A stretch of DNA of 64,000 nucleotides. Source: Macrostomum lignano. Lineage: Eukaryota. The stretch covers positions 16,937-80,936 of the forward strand of contig NIVC01002888.1 in assembly GCA_002269645.1 (NCBI GenBank), given 5' to 3'. Of this stretch, positions 1-12,300 are shown piece by piece (the first letter of the stretch is position 1; each line of letters opens with the position of its first letter). The translations under genes were made by a program, and so were the position numbers. The notes beneath the pieces were generated by a model. It was given only the letters and a program-made list of their open reading frames with translations, was not told the origin of the DNA and made no database searches.

Positions 1-3000
1 GATAATGAAGACAGGATCAGCTGATGAGGACTTGATAATGAAGACAGGATCAGCTGATGAGGACTTGATAATGAAGACACATGACCAGCTGATGAGGACT
101 TGATAATGAAGACAGGATCAGCTGATGAGGACTTGATAATGAAGACAGGATCAGCTGATGAGGACTTGATAATGAAGACACATGACCAGCTGATGAGGAC
201 TTGATAATGAAGACAGGATCAGCTGATGAGGACTTGATAATGAAGACACATGACCAGCTGATGAGGACTTGATAATGAAGACACATGATCAGCTGATGAG
301 GACTTGATAATGAAGACACATGACCAGCTGATGAGGACTTGATAATGAAGACAGGATCAGCTGATGAGGACTTGATAATGAAGACAGGATCAGCTGATGA
401 GGACTTGATAATGAAGACACATGACCAGCTGATGAGGACTTGATAATGAAGACAGGATCAGCTGATGAGGACTTGATAATGAAGACAGGATCAGCTGATG
501 AGGACTTGATAATGAAGACAGGATCAGCTGATGAGGACTTGATAATGAAGACACATGACCAGCTGATGAGGACTTGATAATGAAGACAGGATCAGCTGAT
601 GAGGACTTGATAATGAAGACACATGACCAGCTGATGAGGACTTGATAATGAAGACACATGATCAGCTGATGAGGACTTGATAATGAAGACACATGACCAG
701 CTGATAAGGACTTGATAATGAAGACAGGATCAGCTGATGAGGACTTGATAATGAAGACAGGATCAGCTGATGAGGACTTGATAATTAAGACAGGATCAGC
801 TGATGAGGACTTGATAATGAAGACACATGACCAGCTGATGAGGACTTGATAATGAAGACAGGATCAGCTGATGAGGACTTGATAATGAAGACACATGACC
901 AGCTGATGAGGACTTGATAATGAAGACACATGACCAGCTGATGAGGACTTGATAATGAAGACAGGATCAGCTGATGAGGACTTGATAATGAAGACAGGAT
1001 CAGCTGATGAGGACTTGATAATGAAGACACATGACCAGCTGATGAGGACTTGATAATGAAGACAGGATCAGCTGATGAGGACTTGATAATGAAGACAGGA
1101 TCAGCTGATGAGGACTTGATAATGAAGACAGGATCAGCTGATGAGGACTTGATAATGAAGACAGGATTAGCTGATGAGGACTTGATAATGAAGACACATG
1201 ACCAGCTGATGAGTACTTGATAATGAAGACACATGACCAGCTGATGAGGACTTGATAATGAAGACAGGATCAGCTGATGAGGACTTGATAATGAAGACAG
1301 GATCAGCTGATGAGGACTTGATAATGAAGACACATGACCAGCTGATGAGGACTTGATAATGAAGACAGGATCAGCTGATGAGGACTTGATAATGAAGACA
1401 GGATCAGCTGATGAGGACTTGATAATGAAGACAGGATCAGCTGATGAGGACTTGATAATGAAGACACATGACCAGCTGATGAGGACTTGATAATGAAGAC
1501 AGGATCAGCTGATGAGGACTTGATAATGAAGACAGGATCAGCTGATGAGGACTTGATAATGAAGACACATGACCAGCTGATGAGGACTTGATAATGAAGA
1601 CAGGATCAGCTGATGAGGACTTGATAATGAAGACAGGATCAGCTGATGAGGACTTGATAATGAAGACAGGATCAGCTGATGAGGACTTGATAATGAAGAC
1701 ACATGACCAGCTGATGAGGACTTGATAATGAAGACAGGATCAGCTGATGAGGACTTGATAATGAAGACAGGATCAGCTGATGAGGACTTGATAATGAAGA
1801 CACATGACCAGCTGATGAGGACTTGATAATGAAGACAGGATCAGCTGATGAGGACTTGATAATGAAGACAGGATCAGCTGATGAGGACTTGATAATGAAG
1901 ACAGGATCAGCTGATGAGGACTTGATAATGAAGACACATGACCAGCTGATGAGGACTTGATAATGAAGACAGGATCAGCTGATGAGGACTTGATAATGAA
2001 GACACATGACCAGCTGATGAGGACTTGATAATGAAGACACATGATCAGCTGATGAGGACTTGATAATGAAGACACATGACCAGCTGATGAGGACTTGATA
2101 ATGAAGACAGGATCAGCTGATGAGGACTTGATAATGAAGACAGGATCAGCTGATGAGGACTTGATAATGAAGACACATGACCAGCTGATGAGGACTTGAT
2201 AATGAAGACAGGATCAGCTGATGAGGACTTGATAATGAAGACAGGATCAGCTGATGAGGACTTGATAATGAAGACAGGATCAGCTGATGAGGACTTGATA
2301 ATGAAGACACATGACCAGCTGATGAGGACTTGATAATGAAGACAGGATCAGCTGATGAGGACTTGATAATGAAGACACATGACCAGCTGATGAGGACTTG
2401 ATAATGAAGACACATGATCAGCTGATGAGGACTTGATAATAAAGACACATGACCAGCTGATAAGGACTTGATAATGAAGACAGGATCAGCTGATGAGGAC
2501 TTGATAATGAAGACAGGATCAGCTGATGAGGACTTGATAATTAAGACAGGATCAGCTGATGAGGACTTGATAATGAAGACAGGATCAGCTGATGAGGACT
2601 TGATAATGAAGACAGGATCAGCTGATGAGGACTTGATAATGAAGACAGGATCAGCTGATGAGGACTTGATAATGAAGACACATGACCAGCTGATGAGGAC
2701 TTGATAATGAAGACAGGATCAGCTGATGAGGACTTGATAATGAAGACAGGATCAGCTGATGAGGACTTGATAATGAAGACACATGACCAGCTGATGAGGA
2801 CTTGATAATGAAGACAGGATCAGCTGATGAGGACTTGATAATGAAGACAGGATCAGCTGATGAGGACTTGATAATGAAGACAGGATCAGCTGATGAGGAC
2901 TTGATAATGAAGACAGGATTAGCTGATGAGGACTTGATAATGAAGACACATGACCAGCTGATGAGTACTTGATAATGAAGACACATGACCAGCTGATGAG

Positions 3001-4635
3001 GACTTGATAATGAAGACAGGATCAGCTGATGAGGACTTGATAATGAAGACAGGATCAGCTGATGAGGACTTGATAATGAAGACACATGACCAGCTGATGA
3101 GGACTTGATAATGAAGACAGGATCAGCTGATGAGGACTTGATAATGAAGACAGGATCAGCTGATGAGGACTTGATAATGAAGACAGGATCAGCTGATGAG
3201 GACTTGATAATGAAGACACATGACCAGCTGATGAGGACTTGATAATGAAGACAGGATCAGCTGATGAGGACTTGATAATGAAGACAGGATCAGCTGATGA
3301 GGACTTGATAATGAAGACACATGACCAGCTGATGAGGACTTGATAATGAAGACAGGATCAGCTGATGAGGACTTGATAATGAAGACACATGACCAGCTGA
3401 TGAGGACTTGATAATGAAGACACATGATCAGCTGATGAGGACTTGATAATGAAGACACATGACCAGCTGATGAGGACTTGATAATGAAGACAGGATCAGC
3501 TGATGAGGACTTGATAATGAAGACAGGATCAGCTGATGAGGACTTGATAATGAAGACACATGACCAGCTGATGAGGACTTGATAATGAAGACAGGATCAG
3601 CTGATGAGGACTTGATAATGAAGACAGGATCAGCTGATGAGGACTTGATAATGAAGACAGGATCAGCTGATGAGGACTTGATAATGAAGACACATGACCA
3701 GCTGATGAGGACTTGATAATGAAGACAGGATCAGCTGATGAGGACTTGATAATGAAGACACATGACCAGCTGATGAGGACTTGATAATGAAGACACATGA
3801 TCAGCTGATGAGGACTTGATAATGAAGACACATGACCAGCTGATGAGGACTTGATAATGAAGACAGGATCAGCTGATGAGGACTTGATAATGAAGACAGG
3901 ATCAGCTGATGAGGACTTGATAATTAAGACAGGATCAGCTGATGAGGACTTGATAATGAAGACAGGATCAGCTGATGAGGACTTGATAATGAAGGCAGGA
4001 TCAGCTGATGAGGACTTGATAATGAAGACAGGATCAGCTGATGAGGACTTGATAATGAAGACAGGACCAGCTGATGAGGACTTGATAATGAAGACACATG
4101 ACCAGCTGATGAGGACTTGATAATGAAGACATGACCAGCTGATGAGGACTTGATAATGAAGGCAGGATCAGCTAATTAGGACTTGATAATGAAGGCAGGA
4201 TCAGCTGATGAGGACTTGATAATGAAGACACATGACCAGCTGATAAGGACTTGATAATGAAGACAGGATCAGCTGATGAGGACTTGATAATGAAGGCAGG
4301 ATCAGCTGATGAGGACTTGATAATGAAGACAGGATCAGCTGATGAGGACTTGATAATGAAGACAGGACCAGCTGATGAGGACTTGATAATGAAGACACAT
4401 GACCAGCTGATGAGGACTTGATAATGAAGACATGACCAGCTGATGAGGACTTGATAATGAAGGCAGGATCAGCTAATTAGGACTTGATAATGAAGGCAGG
4501 ATCAGCTGATGAGGACTTGATAATGAAGACACATGACCAGCTGATAAGGACTTGATAATGAAGGCAGGATCAGCTGATGAGGACTTGATAATGAAGGCAG
4601 GATCAGCTAATGAGGACTTGATAATGAAGGCAGGA
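1..4635. repeat. Satellite array of 33-bp and 35-bp monomers with higher-order structure; truncated by the window start
   Basis: Units are GATAATGAAGACAGGATCAGCTGATGAGGACTT (33 bp) and GATAATGAAGACACATGACCAGCTGATGAGGACTT (35 bp), about 135 near-identical copies, diverging only in the last ~600 bp. Confidence 0.98.
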
Positions 4636-4697
4636 CAAGGAACAACTCATTAAGAACTAAATTAAAGGTAAAAATGACAACTTGGGACAAAACCAAC

Positions 4698-7600
4698 CTG
4701 AACAGGCGGATAGCTCTGCTGCTGCGGCGGATACGGCGGCTGCTGCTGCTGCGGACCCGGATATGGCGGCGGCGGAGCGGCTCCAGGATAGGGCGGCGGA
4801 GCCGGCGTCATGTACACATAATTAGGCGGCGGAGGGCCGAAAGCGTCGTGGCACGGCACAAAGCCGTAGTTGGGGCCTTCGGCAGCGTATTGGGCAGGCG
4901 GAGGGCAGTACAGCTGGGTGGGATCGTAGGCCGAGTAAGGCGGCGGAGCCTGCAAAATATAGTGTGAAGTTGCGCCATGGAGCATACTGTATTTAGTTGG
5001 CTATTAGACTTTTGGGCTTAAATAGGACGGAATTGTCACGGGAACCTTCGTTTCCTAGCAACTATTTTGAGTCTATTTGTTTGGGAGCAAAAGCCATTTT
5101 CGGTATTTTTGGCATTTTTTAATGAAAAGTTCTTTACTCCGTCTCGAGTGTGTGTGGGGGTGGAGGGAAGGGGCCGTAGCCCTGGCGTCTGGCGCGGCGC
5201 TCTGATGTGCCAGCGGCCCAGGTTCGATTCCCATCCCAGTGCAGTCGCATTAATTTGGGGCTAATTTGGAATCTTGGCTTGGCTCTGCTCGTGCAATTAA
5301 CGCCCTTGAGGGCCAACCCCCAAGGCACAGTGAAGAGTACGTTCTCAGGGGAGTCGGTGGAATGGACAGTAATGCCTCTCGCCGGTTATGCGACAAGCCC
5401 CCTCAAGGTGCACTCAGCCCCCTGCCTCTAATAAACAACACTCCCGTTGTGTATTTTTTCCTGGGAAAAACTAGCTCCTCAAAATGGTTTCTAATAATCA
5501 AAAAGTGACCCATCAGACTGTGTGAGGTTGTACCTGATCAGGGTCAGTCAATCAGCATCTATCAGTCAAAGCCCCCCTCAGTCGGTCTCAATAACCGCTA
5601 AGCTGTTCTCACCTGAAAGCCGTGCCTATTAGCATTGGCTCGCCGGCCAGCCTCAAGCAGGCACTGGGCGAATTCAATAGCGCCGCCTTTGTTAAAAGTG
5701 ACGCTGAAATGCGCCATGCCAGTGAAACCGCCGTCAGGCTCTGGCGTTGCCTTGCCTTCAATCCGGTTGGCGCCGAATATTGGCTGCTTAACCTCCACCT
5801 GCTTCATGTTGAGCAGCGGCATTGACATTGAGTGCACTTGGCCAGACTTGCACAGGCAGATGGTCTGCAAGTTGGATGACATGACACAATTAATGAGCAC
5901 TGAACTCAAATTAATCAGCTATGGTGACTGTTAATGCGTACCCTGTGCGATGTTAGAAACACAGAGCCTTTGCTAGTAGTCGAAAGCTGAGGCTGATTGT
6001 CAAACTTGAGTTGAATTTCGCATCCATCGTAGAAGATGAGCAGCCTAAAAGTTTATTGCAAGTTTAGCCAATATTTAAAATCACATGGAGAATTGATATG
6101 GTTAGAGGAAAAGTACAGTTTGTATAATAGCATAATTATCTTGGAGTTCTACAAGTTCTAATATCTAATTTACATTGAAATTTAATTAGTTTCTTACACA
6201 TAACCATTCAGATAGATTCAATGGTTTAACCCTAAGAATTTAAGAATTCTCGACACAAAAGCTTTGAAACTAGAAATTTACTCATTCATTTTTTACTACT
6301 TTACTTACCATGAAACCAAATGCTCAATTGGTCTTTTAGGTCTTGTTATTGGGGCTACTTTTACTAGATAGAGAAACTAAATATAGAAAATGTGTTTTTA
6401 TAACCAAATTAATAAAAAAATTAAAAAATTATATTTTTATAAAATATCCTTTTGTTATAACATGTAACCATTATGAGTATCTTAACTTTAAGTTTTCTAA
6501 TCTTGCAAGTTGCATTTATACTGTTTATCTTGGTTAGCTAGTTAGAAAAAACTATCAAATAGAATAATCTAGCTTTGAATGACAATCAAAGGAAAGTAAT
6601 ATATTAGTAAGTATACTATATATACTAGATATACCATACTATACTATACTATACAATATACTATACTATTTAGTATACTATACTAAATATACTAGATAAG
6701 TCTTTAAAATAGTTCTTGGTATGAAATATTGTTTTAATGCTTTTTATTTTGTTGACTAAATAAGGAAATATCACAAAAACATTTTTGAAAGTATGAATTG
6801 ACAAATATGCATTTTTCACTTTTTGAAAAAAGAATTAATTTTAAGCCCTATAGGCCTCAAAGAAGGCTAATTTTTATTATTCTCAAAACAGAAAGTATTT
6901 GTTGTCTTACTTTTTTATTCAAAAAGATGAAAGATTTGTAAACATTTCTAACTTTTTTGAAAAAGGCTTTTTTAATTCTTATGGGAATTAATTTAAATGT
7001 GTTATCTAGCATCCAAATTAGGTACTTAAAAGAAGCTTATAAAACAATCAAATACCATTATATTATAATTAAATATGTATCATTGTGGCATATGTATAGG
7101 AAAAAAGAGATATTTCAATTGATGTGGATTGTGGTAGAAGCTAAGAAAAGTGCAATTTTTAAATCCTCATAAGAATTATTATATCACTTGGCTTCTGAAT
7201 CAAATGTTTCCTATAGGCTTAGTAAGTGACAAAAAATATTACAATTAATATATTTATTATTGTTAATAATTAATAAATATTGATTCTATAAAAGATACAT
7301 GGATCCATATGGATAAAATTGGAACTATTGATATGGCTATAGACTATTGGCCTATAGACTTGAATAGTGGCAGCTATTTCAATAAGCTGCCATGGGGATA
7401 AGCTGGAAATTATTGACACGGATCCGTGTGGATAAAATTGGAATTATTAGTATAGGACTGTTGAGGATAAGCACTTCCTATTGGAAATAATATATTTACT
7501 TAATAATTTTGATTGTTGTAGTGTTTTTTTAACATTTTAACACATTGTTTCTTTCAAGATAAAACTATATACAGATAATTAATGCTATCATAGATATTTT

Positions 7601-8189
7601 AAAATTCATTGAACTTAAATCAATTTATTTTATATCTTCATTGCTTTAGAATCACAACATTCTTTTTCTAAAAAACTTGCTTTAAGTTTTGGATTTCAAT
7701 ATTTGCTTTTATATTATTTAATTTGATTCAATACTAGGCTTACAGTTTAGGCTGTATGACAAAAAATAGGAGGGCCTAATGGTTAAAATTGATATACATA
7801 TATAATAATATCTACCTAATTTAGGTTTCAAAATTAATTCTGAAATACATAGGCCTCTTTTTAATTATGGGCTATACATGTATTTGAAAGCTAGAATTAT
7901 TAGCTCTTGTAAAACAAAGTAAAAATGGCCATAAATATAATATAGCATAAAAAGTTTTTTTTTATATTTTTCTATAGACTATAAAATAGGCTAGGCCTAT
8001 AGATAGCATCTAGGCCTACATTTATTTATGATATCGTTTCACTAACATTTTATACACATTTGCCTATTCTACTTAAATTATAGACAAAAGACAGTCCAAA
8101 CAATTCAAACAATTTTTAAACAAGACTCACCTTTCTCCATAAAAAAGAACTACACCACCTCCTGTAGCATGGGCTTTGTTAATCGACAT
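4698..8189 (-). CDS. WBP2: WW domain-binding protein 2 (GRAM domain plus PPxY-rich tail)
   Basis: Exons 8131-8189, 5942-6044, 5613-5864, 4698-4949; all GT-AG and phase-consistent. Translation MSINKAHATGGGVVLFYGERLLIFYDGCEI...SKGSVFLTSHR...VKQPIFGANRIEG...FNKGGAIEFAQ matches WBP2 as I recall it, followed by several PPPY motifs. The 3' end is ambiguous: stop at 4662-4664, or a donor at 4697 with a further exon outside the window. Confidence 0.93.
5171..5370 (+). mobile_element. tRNA-derived SINE-like element, family A, copy 1 (WBP2 intron)
   Basis: B box GGTTCGATTCC near 5221, followed by the family core GAGGGCCAACCCCCAAGGCACAG at ~5308-5330. Confidence 0.6.
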
Positions 8190-9100
8190 TACACTGCCGT
8201 GGACTCTTTTAGCTGTAGATCTTTTCGTGTTAATTAAACGTGACGATTTTGAATTAACAATCCAACTGCTTATTATCGATAATAAAGTAACTAGAGATTG
8301 TAAATAGGCCTGGTCCTGGAGCAAGTCTTAAAGTAGTATAGCTAAGCTAGCCATAGCTTCTAGATTGAACCAGATCGACCAAGTTAAAAAACTTTTGTTA
8401 CCATTTTTTAGAAAAACAAAAACAATGACTAATTTAGGTTAATTAGTTTAATTAATTTACTAAAATGATTTTCAGAAATTTTTTAAAATAATTTATTTTT
8501 CTTTTAGTATCGCTGTGATTGAAGGTTATGTGTAAATAGTTTTTAATGTATGCATTTAACTTCGTGGTTTTAGAAGAATTTTTTCATAAATTCATTCTTG
8601 AAATGAAATATAACAGAGTTGATTGCCTTTAATTATAATTTTCTATAGTTGTAAATAGCGGTTGTAATGATACCATCTAATATAGGCTATGCGTATCCTT
8701 TTTAAAAGAAATCAAAATAAATTTTATTTTTTACTCCCTTCTCTATGCAAAGAAGTTAGTTTATTTTCTCAAAGGTTCAAGAAACTTTAACAATTTGTTT
8801 TCTACGAGCCTATATGCAGACTTGCACGCTTGTATGTATTACTTGCAACCAAATGTATTAATTGCTTGATAATAGAATGCATTAGATAATAGGTTACTCT
8901 AAGTTTCGTTAAAATTTCTGGACACTTAGTGGACAAATATGGACAAATATCAGTAAGATTTGTACGCTCGTATGTTGCTTACGACCTTACGTTACTAGTA
9001 CTAAAGAAACATCAAACACTATAGCAATAAATGAAATTTCTTTCTTTTTAAAACACAAATTGCCTGTTCTGTCCCGTTTTCTGTAGCTAGCGATATTTTG
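6050..9100. other. Strongly AT-rich low-complexity island covering WBP2 intron 1 and the WBP2/CEP126 intergenic region
   Basis: Visibly far more AT-rich than the flanking exons; includes (ATACT)-like runs at ~6600-6700. Confidence 0.7.
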
Positions 9101-9319
9101 TCTATCTGAAAATTTTCACTAGACAAACCAGGAAAGCAATACAGAGCAAAAATGATGTGTTGGTGAAGTAAAATGCCATATTCATAAGATGTTTATAATA
9201 AACTAGCAGCAAAACTATGCATTTAAACCAGTAAAATACTCTGTATGTTTTTCGTTTTCCTTGACACCAATATGTAAATCTGTAGCGAGCGGTATCTAGC
9301 TGCTCAGAACAATGAGATA
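8190..9319. promoter_or_regulatory. Putative bidirectional promoter region
   Basis: Head-to-head start codons of WBP2 (8189, -) and CEP126 (9320, +) lie about 1.1 kb apart. Confidence 0.55.
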
Positions 9320-12300
9320 ATGTCCAACAGGTCGGCGCAATCAGCTCCGGAGGATCAGGACTTTGTTTGGGAGCGCGGCCGAAAGCTGTCGGCTGACACA
9401 AATAAGCGACGAAAGTATGTACTTATTGATTCTCGTTTTATTCCAAATAATCCAAAGTCAGGTAGTTGCAGCACAAAAAATTCCTAGCCCTACCCCCCCC
9501 CCCCGCATCAGGCGCCAAGAGCAAAAGCAGCGTCGAGAAGCCGACTCAGAGGAGAAGCGTCGTCAGGAAATACTGGAACTTCGACGCCAGAAACTGAAAG
9601 AAGCCACTGAGAAATATCAGCGCTGTAGAGGAACTCGGAAAGCTGTTGAACGGCGCAATCGATGTGAGTTTCCAACACTTTTGTCTAATAAATGTACTTT
9701 ATTCGTATGTACGCTTGTATACTGTATCTTTAGAGCTGCTGGCTAGCTGTTAATCTGTCTTCCACGAAAGGCAACACATAAGTTTTTTGGCTTTTGAACA
9801 CAAATCAGCCACAATCATGGGCTTATTGTGTTATTATCGCCCATTTTGCAAACCCCCTCAGTGTCCAGAGTGTGTACATGCCTGAAAATGAGAAAGTCAA
9901 GGCCGCTGAACATCCTGTGTACGTATTCGTGAGGGTGCACCCTAAGTCCCCCTCATAAACTAGCTAAACATGTAGCTACTGCATGCGAGTGTGCTAGTCC
10001 GTGTCCCGGAACTTGTAGCTCGCATACAATGTCTCCAAAGGTATTCGACCTCTAGAACTCTAAAAATAATACACTATTACATATCGCAATAATTTTATCC
10101 CTGCTGAAAACTACCAAGCAAAAACGTGACTTTTCTAACCTTCCACAGCGAACAGCGCAACCAGACACGACTTCGGCTACAGCAACAAGGAGCTGGAGGA
10201 CACTCTCAGACTGCTGCAAGGCGGTAGCGGCGGTTTGCAGCGCTTCGGCAGTCACGATGGGCTCAACGGGCGCGCCGGCAGCGCTGGGTTCAGCCAAACT
10301 CAGCCGAGTCAGCCGCCGCCAGTGCCACCACAGCATCAGAAGCCGCCGCCGTCCGGTGGAGCGACTGCTAGTTTCTTAGAAAAGTACGGCGGCGGCGGAG
10401 GCTCCGGCAGTCGTCCGATGTCCTCCACGTCGAACAATCGCGGACAGCAACAGCAGCAACAACAAAAACAGCAAAACCAAAAAAGCTTATTTGAGCAGCA
10501 ACTGGCTGACTTTCAGCAGAAAAAGTGGGAAAGCCAAAAGCGCTCGATGCTGGACTTTCAGCAGGATCTTGAGTCCACTCTGCAGTCGGCTGCTCCGCCA
10601 CCGCCAGTCGCTGACGAAGACGAGCCAGCTGACGAGGACGAGCTGAATGACAGTCTGAACTCTGCCAGAACGTACGATCGCTTTGTGCCGGAGGAGACGC
10701 CAGCGCCGGCGCCGCGCAAAGCTGCCGAGCCAGCGGAGACGTTCGAATCTTTCGATTCAACGGCCGCTCTTCGGCCGGAACTGTTTCGCGCTGCGGCGCC
10801 AAATTCGCCACCGGAGCCGCAACCAGAAGTGCCAGAAAAGTTCGAAACGGAGCCGCGAGGCATTCTCAAGAAGCAGACTTCCTACAGCTCTGACGGTGGT
10901 TCGTCCTCAACAGTTGAGATCCCCGTGTTCCTGCCGCCCCAGTCGCAACCAGCTGTCTTCAGCGAAGCTCGAGCAGGTCGCCTCCGTGACAGCGTTGAAA
11001 TCTCGCGGGTAACGCTAAATCATCACCAGCAGGAGCCGGCACAGCCGGGGCAACAGGCGCAACAGCAACAGCAAGACGACGGTCGCAAAAAGAGCGTCCG
11101 ATTTGCCGAGACACTGTTCGAGGAGCAGCTGCTGCATCCGCGCAGCCCGGAGACACAGCCTCCGCAGCAGCAGCCTCGCGGAGAAACCGCGTCGAACCGG
11201 GCGCCGCGTCCTACGTCCGGTCGTCCGACGGCCTCACAGCGAGCTGCGCAAGCGAATGGCGAGCAGCAACTGGCGGCTTGCGGCACTCGGATGCAGCAGG
11301 GCAGCCGGGCGAAGCTGCCCCAGACGGAGGCGACGCCGCTGACTGCGGAGCCGAGCGCGGACTCGGAGACACCGCCGCCTCCGCCCAGTCCCACAACGAC
11401 TAGCAACGCTGTCGAAGGATTTTTCCCCGAGCCGGCGGCGGAGGAAAAGCCACGGCAGCGGGTTGAAGTTTGCATTCCGAACCAGGCAACTACGGAGCAA
11501 ACTGCTGGTGCTCCCTCTGCTACTTCCGTTTCTTCTGTTGCTGCCTCGGCCGCCGGCGCATCAAAGCCCCCGGTGCCACCTGCGACATCTGGTCCGGGCT
11601 ATGCCGCGCTGATGTCCAAGAAGCCGCCGAAGCCGTACAAGCCGCGGGCCCAGCCGGTGAAAGTGACTTCGTCTACCCTCAACCGCCTTGTAGCGTCGCC
11701 CCAGTCGGGTGCAGCGCCCGTTCCGCCGAACGTCGCGACGCAACCGTCCGACCAGCTGCAACCGCCGCAGCCTCAGCTTCGCTCCGGTCCGCTGCCGAAG
11801 AGGACAGTCTCCGACCCGAATCTCAGTCAGCAGCAACAGCAACAACAGCAGCAGCAGCCAATCTCGCTGGATCGTACACCAACAGATCAGGAGATCGACT
11901 TCCTCTGGTCGCAGGTGCGCGAATGTCTCAACCGATCGACCAGCAGTTTGGCTACCGAATCCGACGCAAGCGTCCGCAGCGCCCCGGTGCCTCGAGTCCC
12001 GGACCAGCCGGTCGCTTCGCACCTGCTGATCGACGGGTCCAACCTGATGATGTTCGGCGGTCCTGGCGGCTCCGCCAGGGTCCACAGCGGCAGCGGCCTG
12101 CCTCCTCGGGTGGGCTCTGCGGCGCTGCTCCAGCACCGACAGCCGGCTGCCAGTCGCTTCCTGGAGCAGAACCAGCTGCTCACCGCTAAGCAGCGTCGCC
12201 AGGGTCTCGCCGGAGTTGCCGCCGCGCGCCAGCCTACCGCCGCTTCAGAGCGACCTCCGCTGCCGCCATCGTCGACGACAAGTGGCGTCGCGAGACAGGC

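Noticed and set aside
50-4398. ORFs such as MSSLSSPHQL... and MIMKTGSADEDL...
   Set aside because: These are translations of the satellite.
1-4635. CTGATGAG...GAAGAC in each monomer resembles a hammerhead ribozyme core
   Set aside because: GAAA is replaced by GAAG and no stem II, or stems I and III, can be paired by eye.
1-4635. Array of 33-35-bp repeats as a CRISPR array
   Set aside because: There are no unique spacers or cas genes, and the context is eukaryotic.
5613-5864. WBP2 exons 3 and 4 both 252 bp
   Set aside because: Their sequences are unrelated and the exon 4 donor is uncertain; coincidence.
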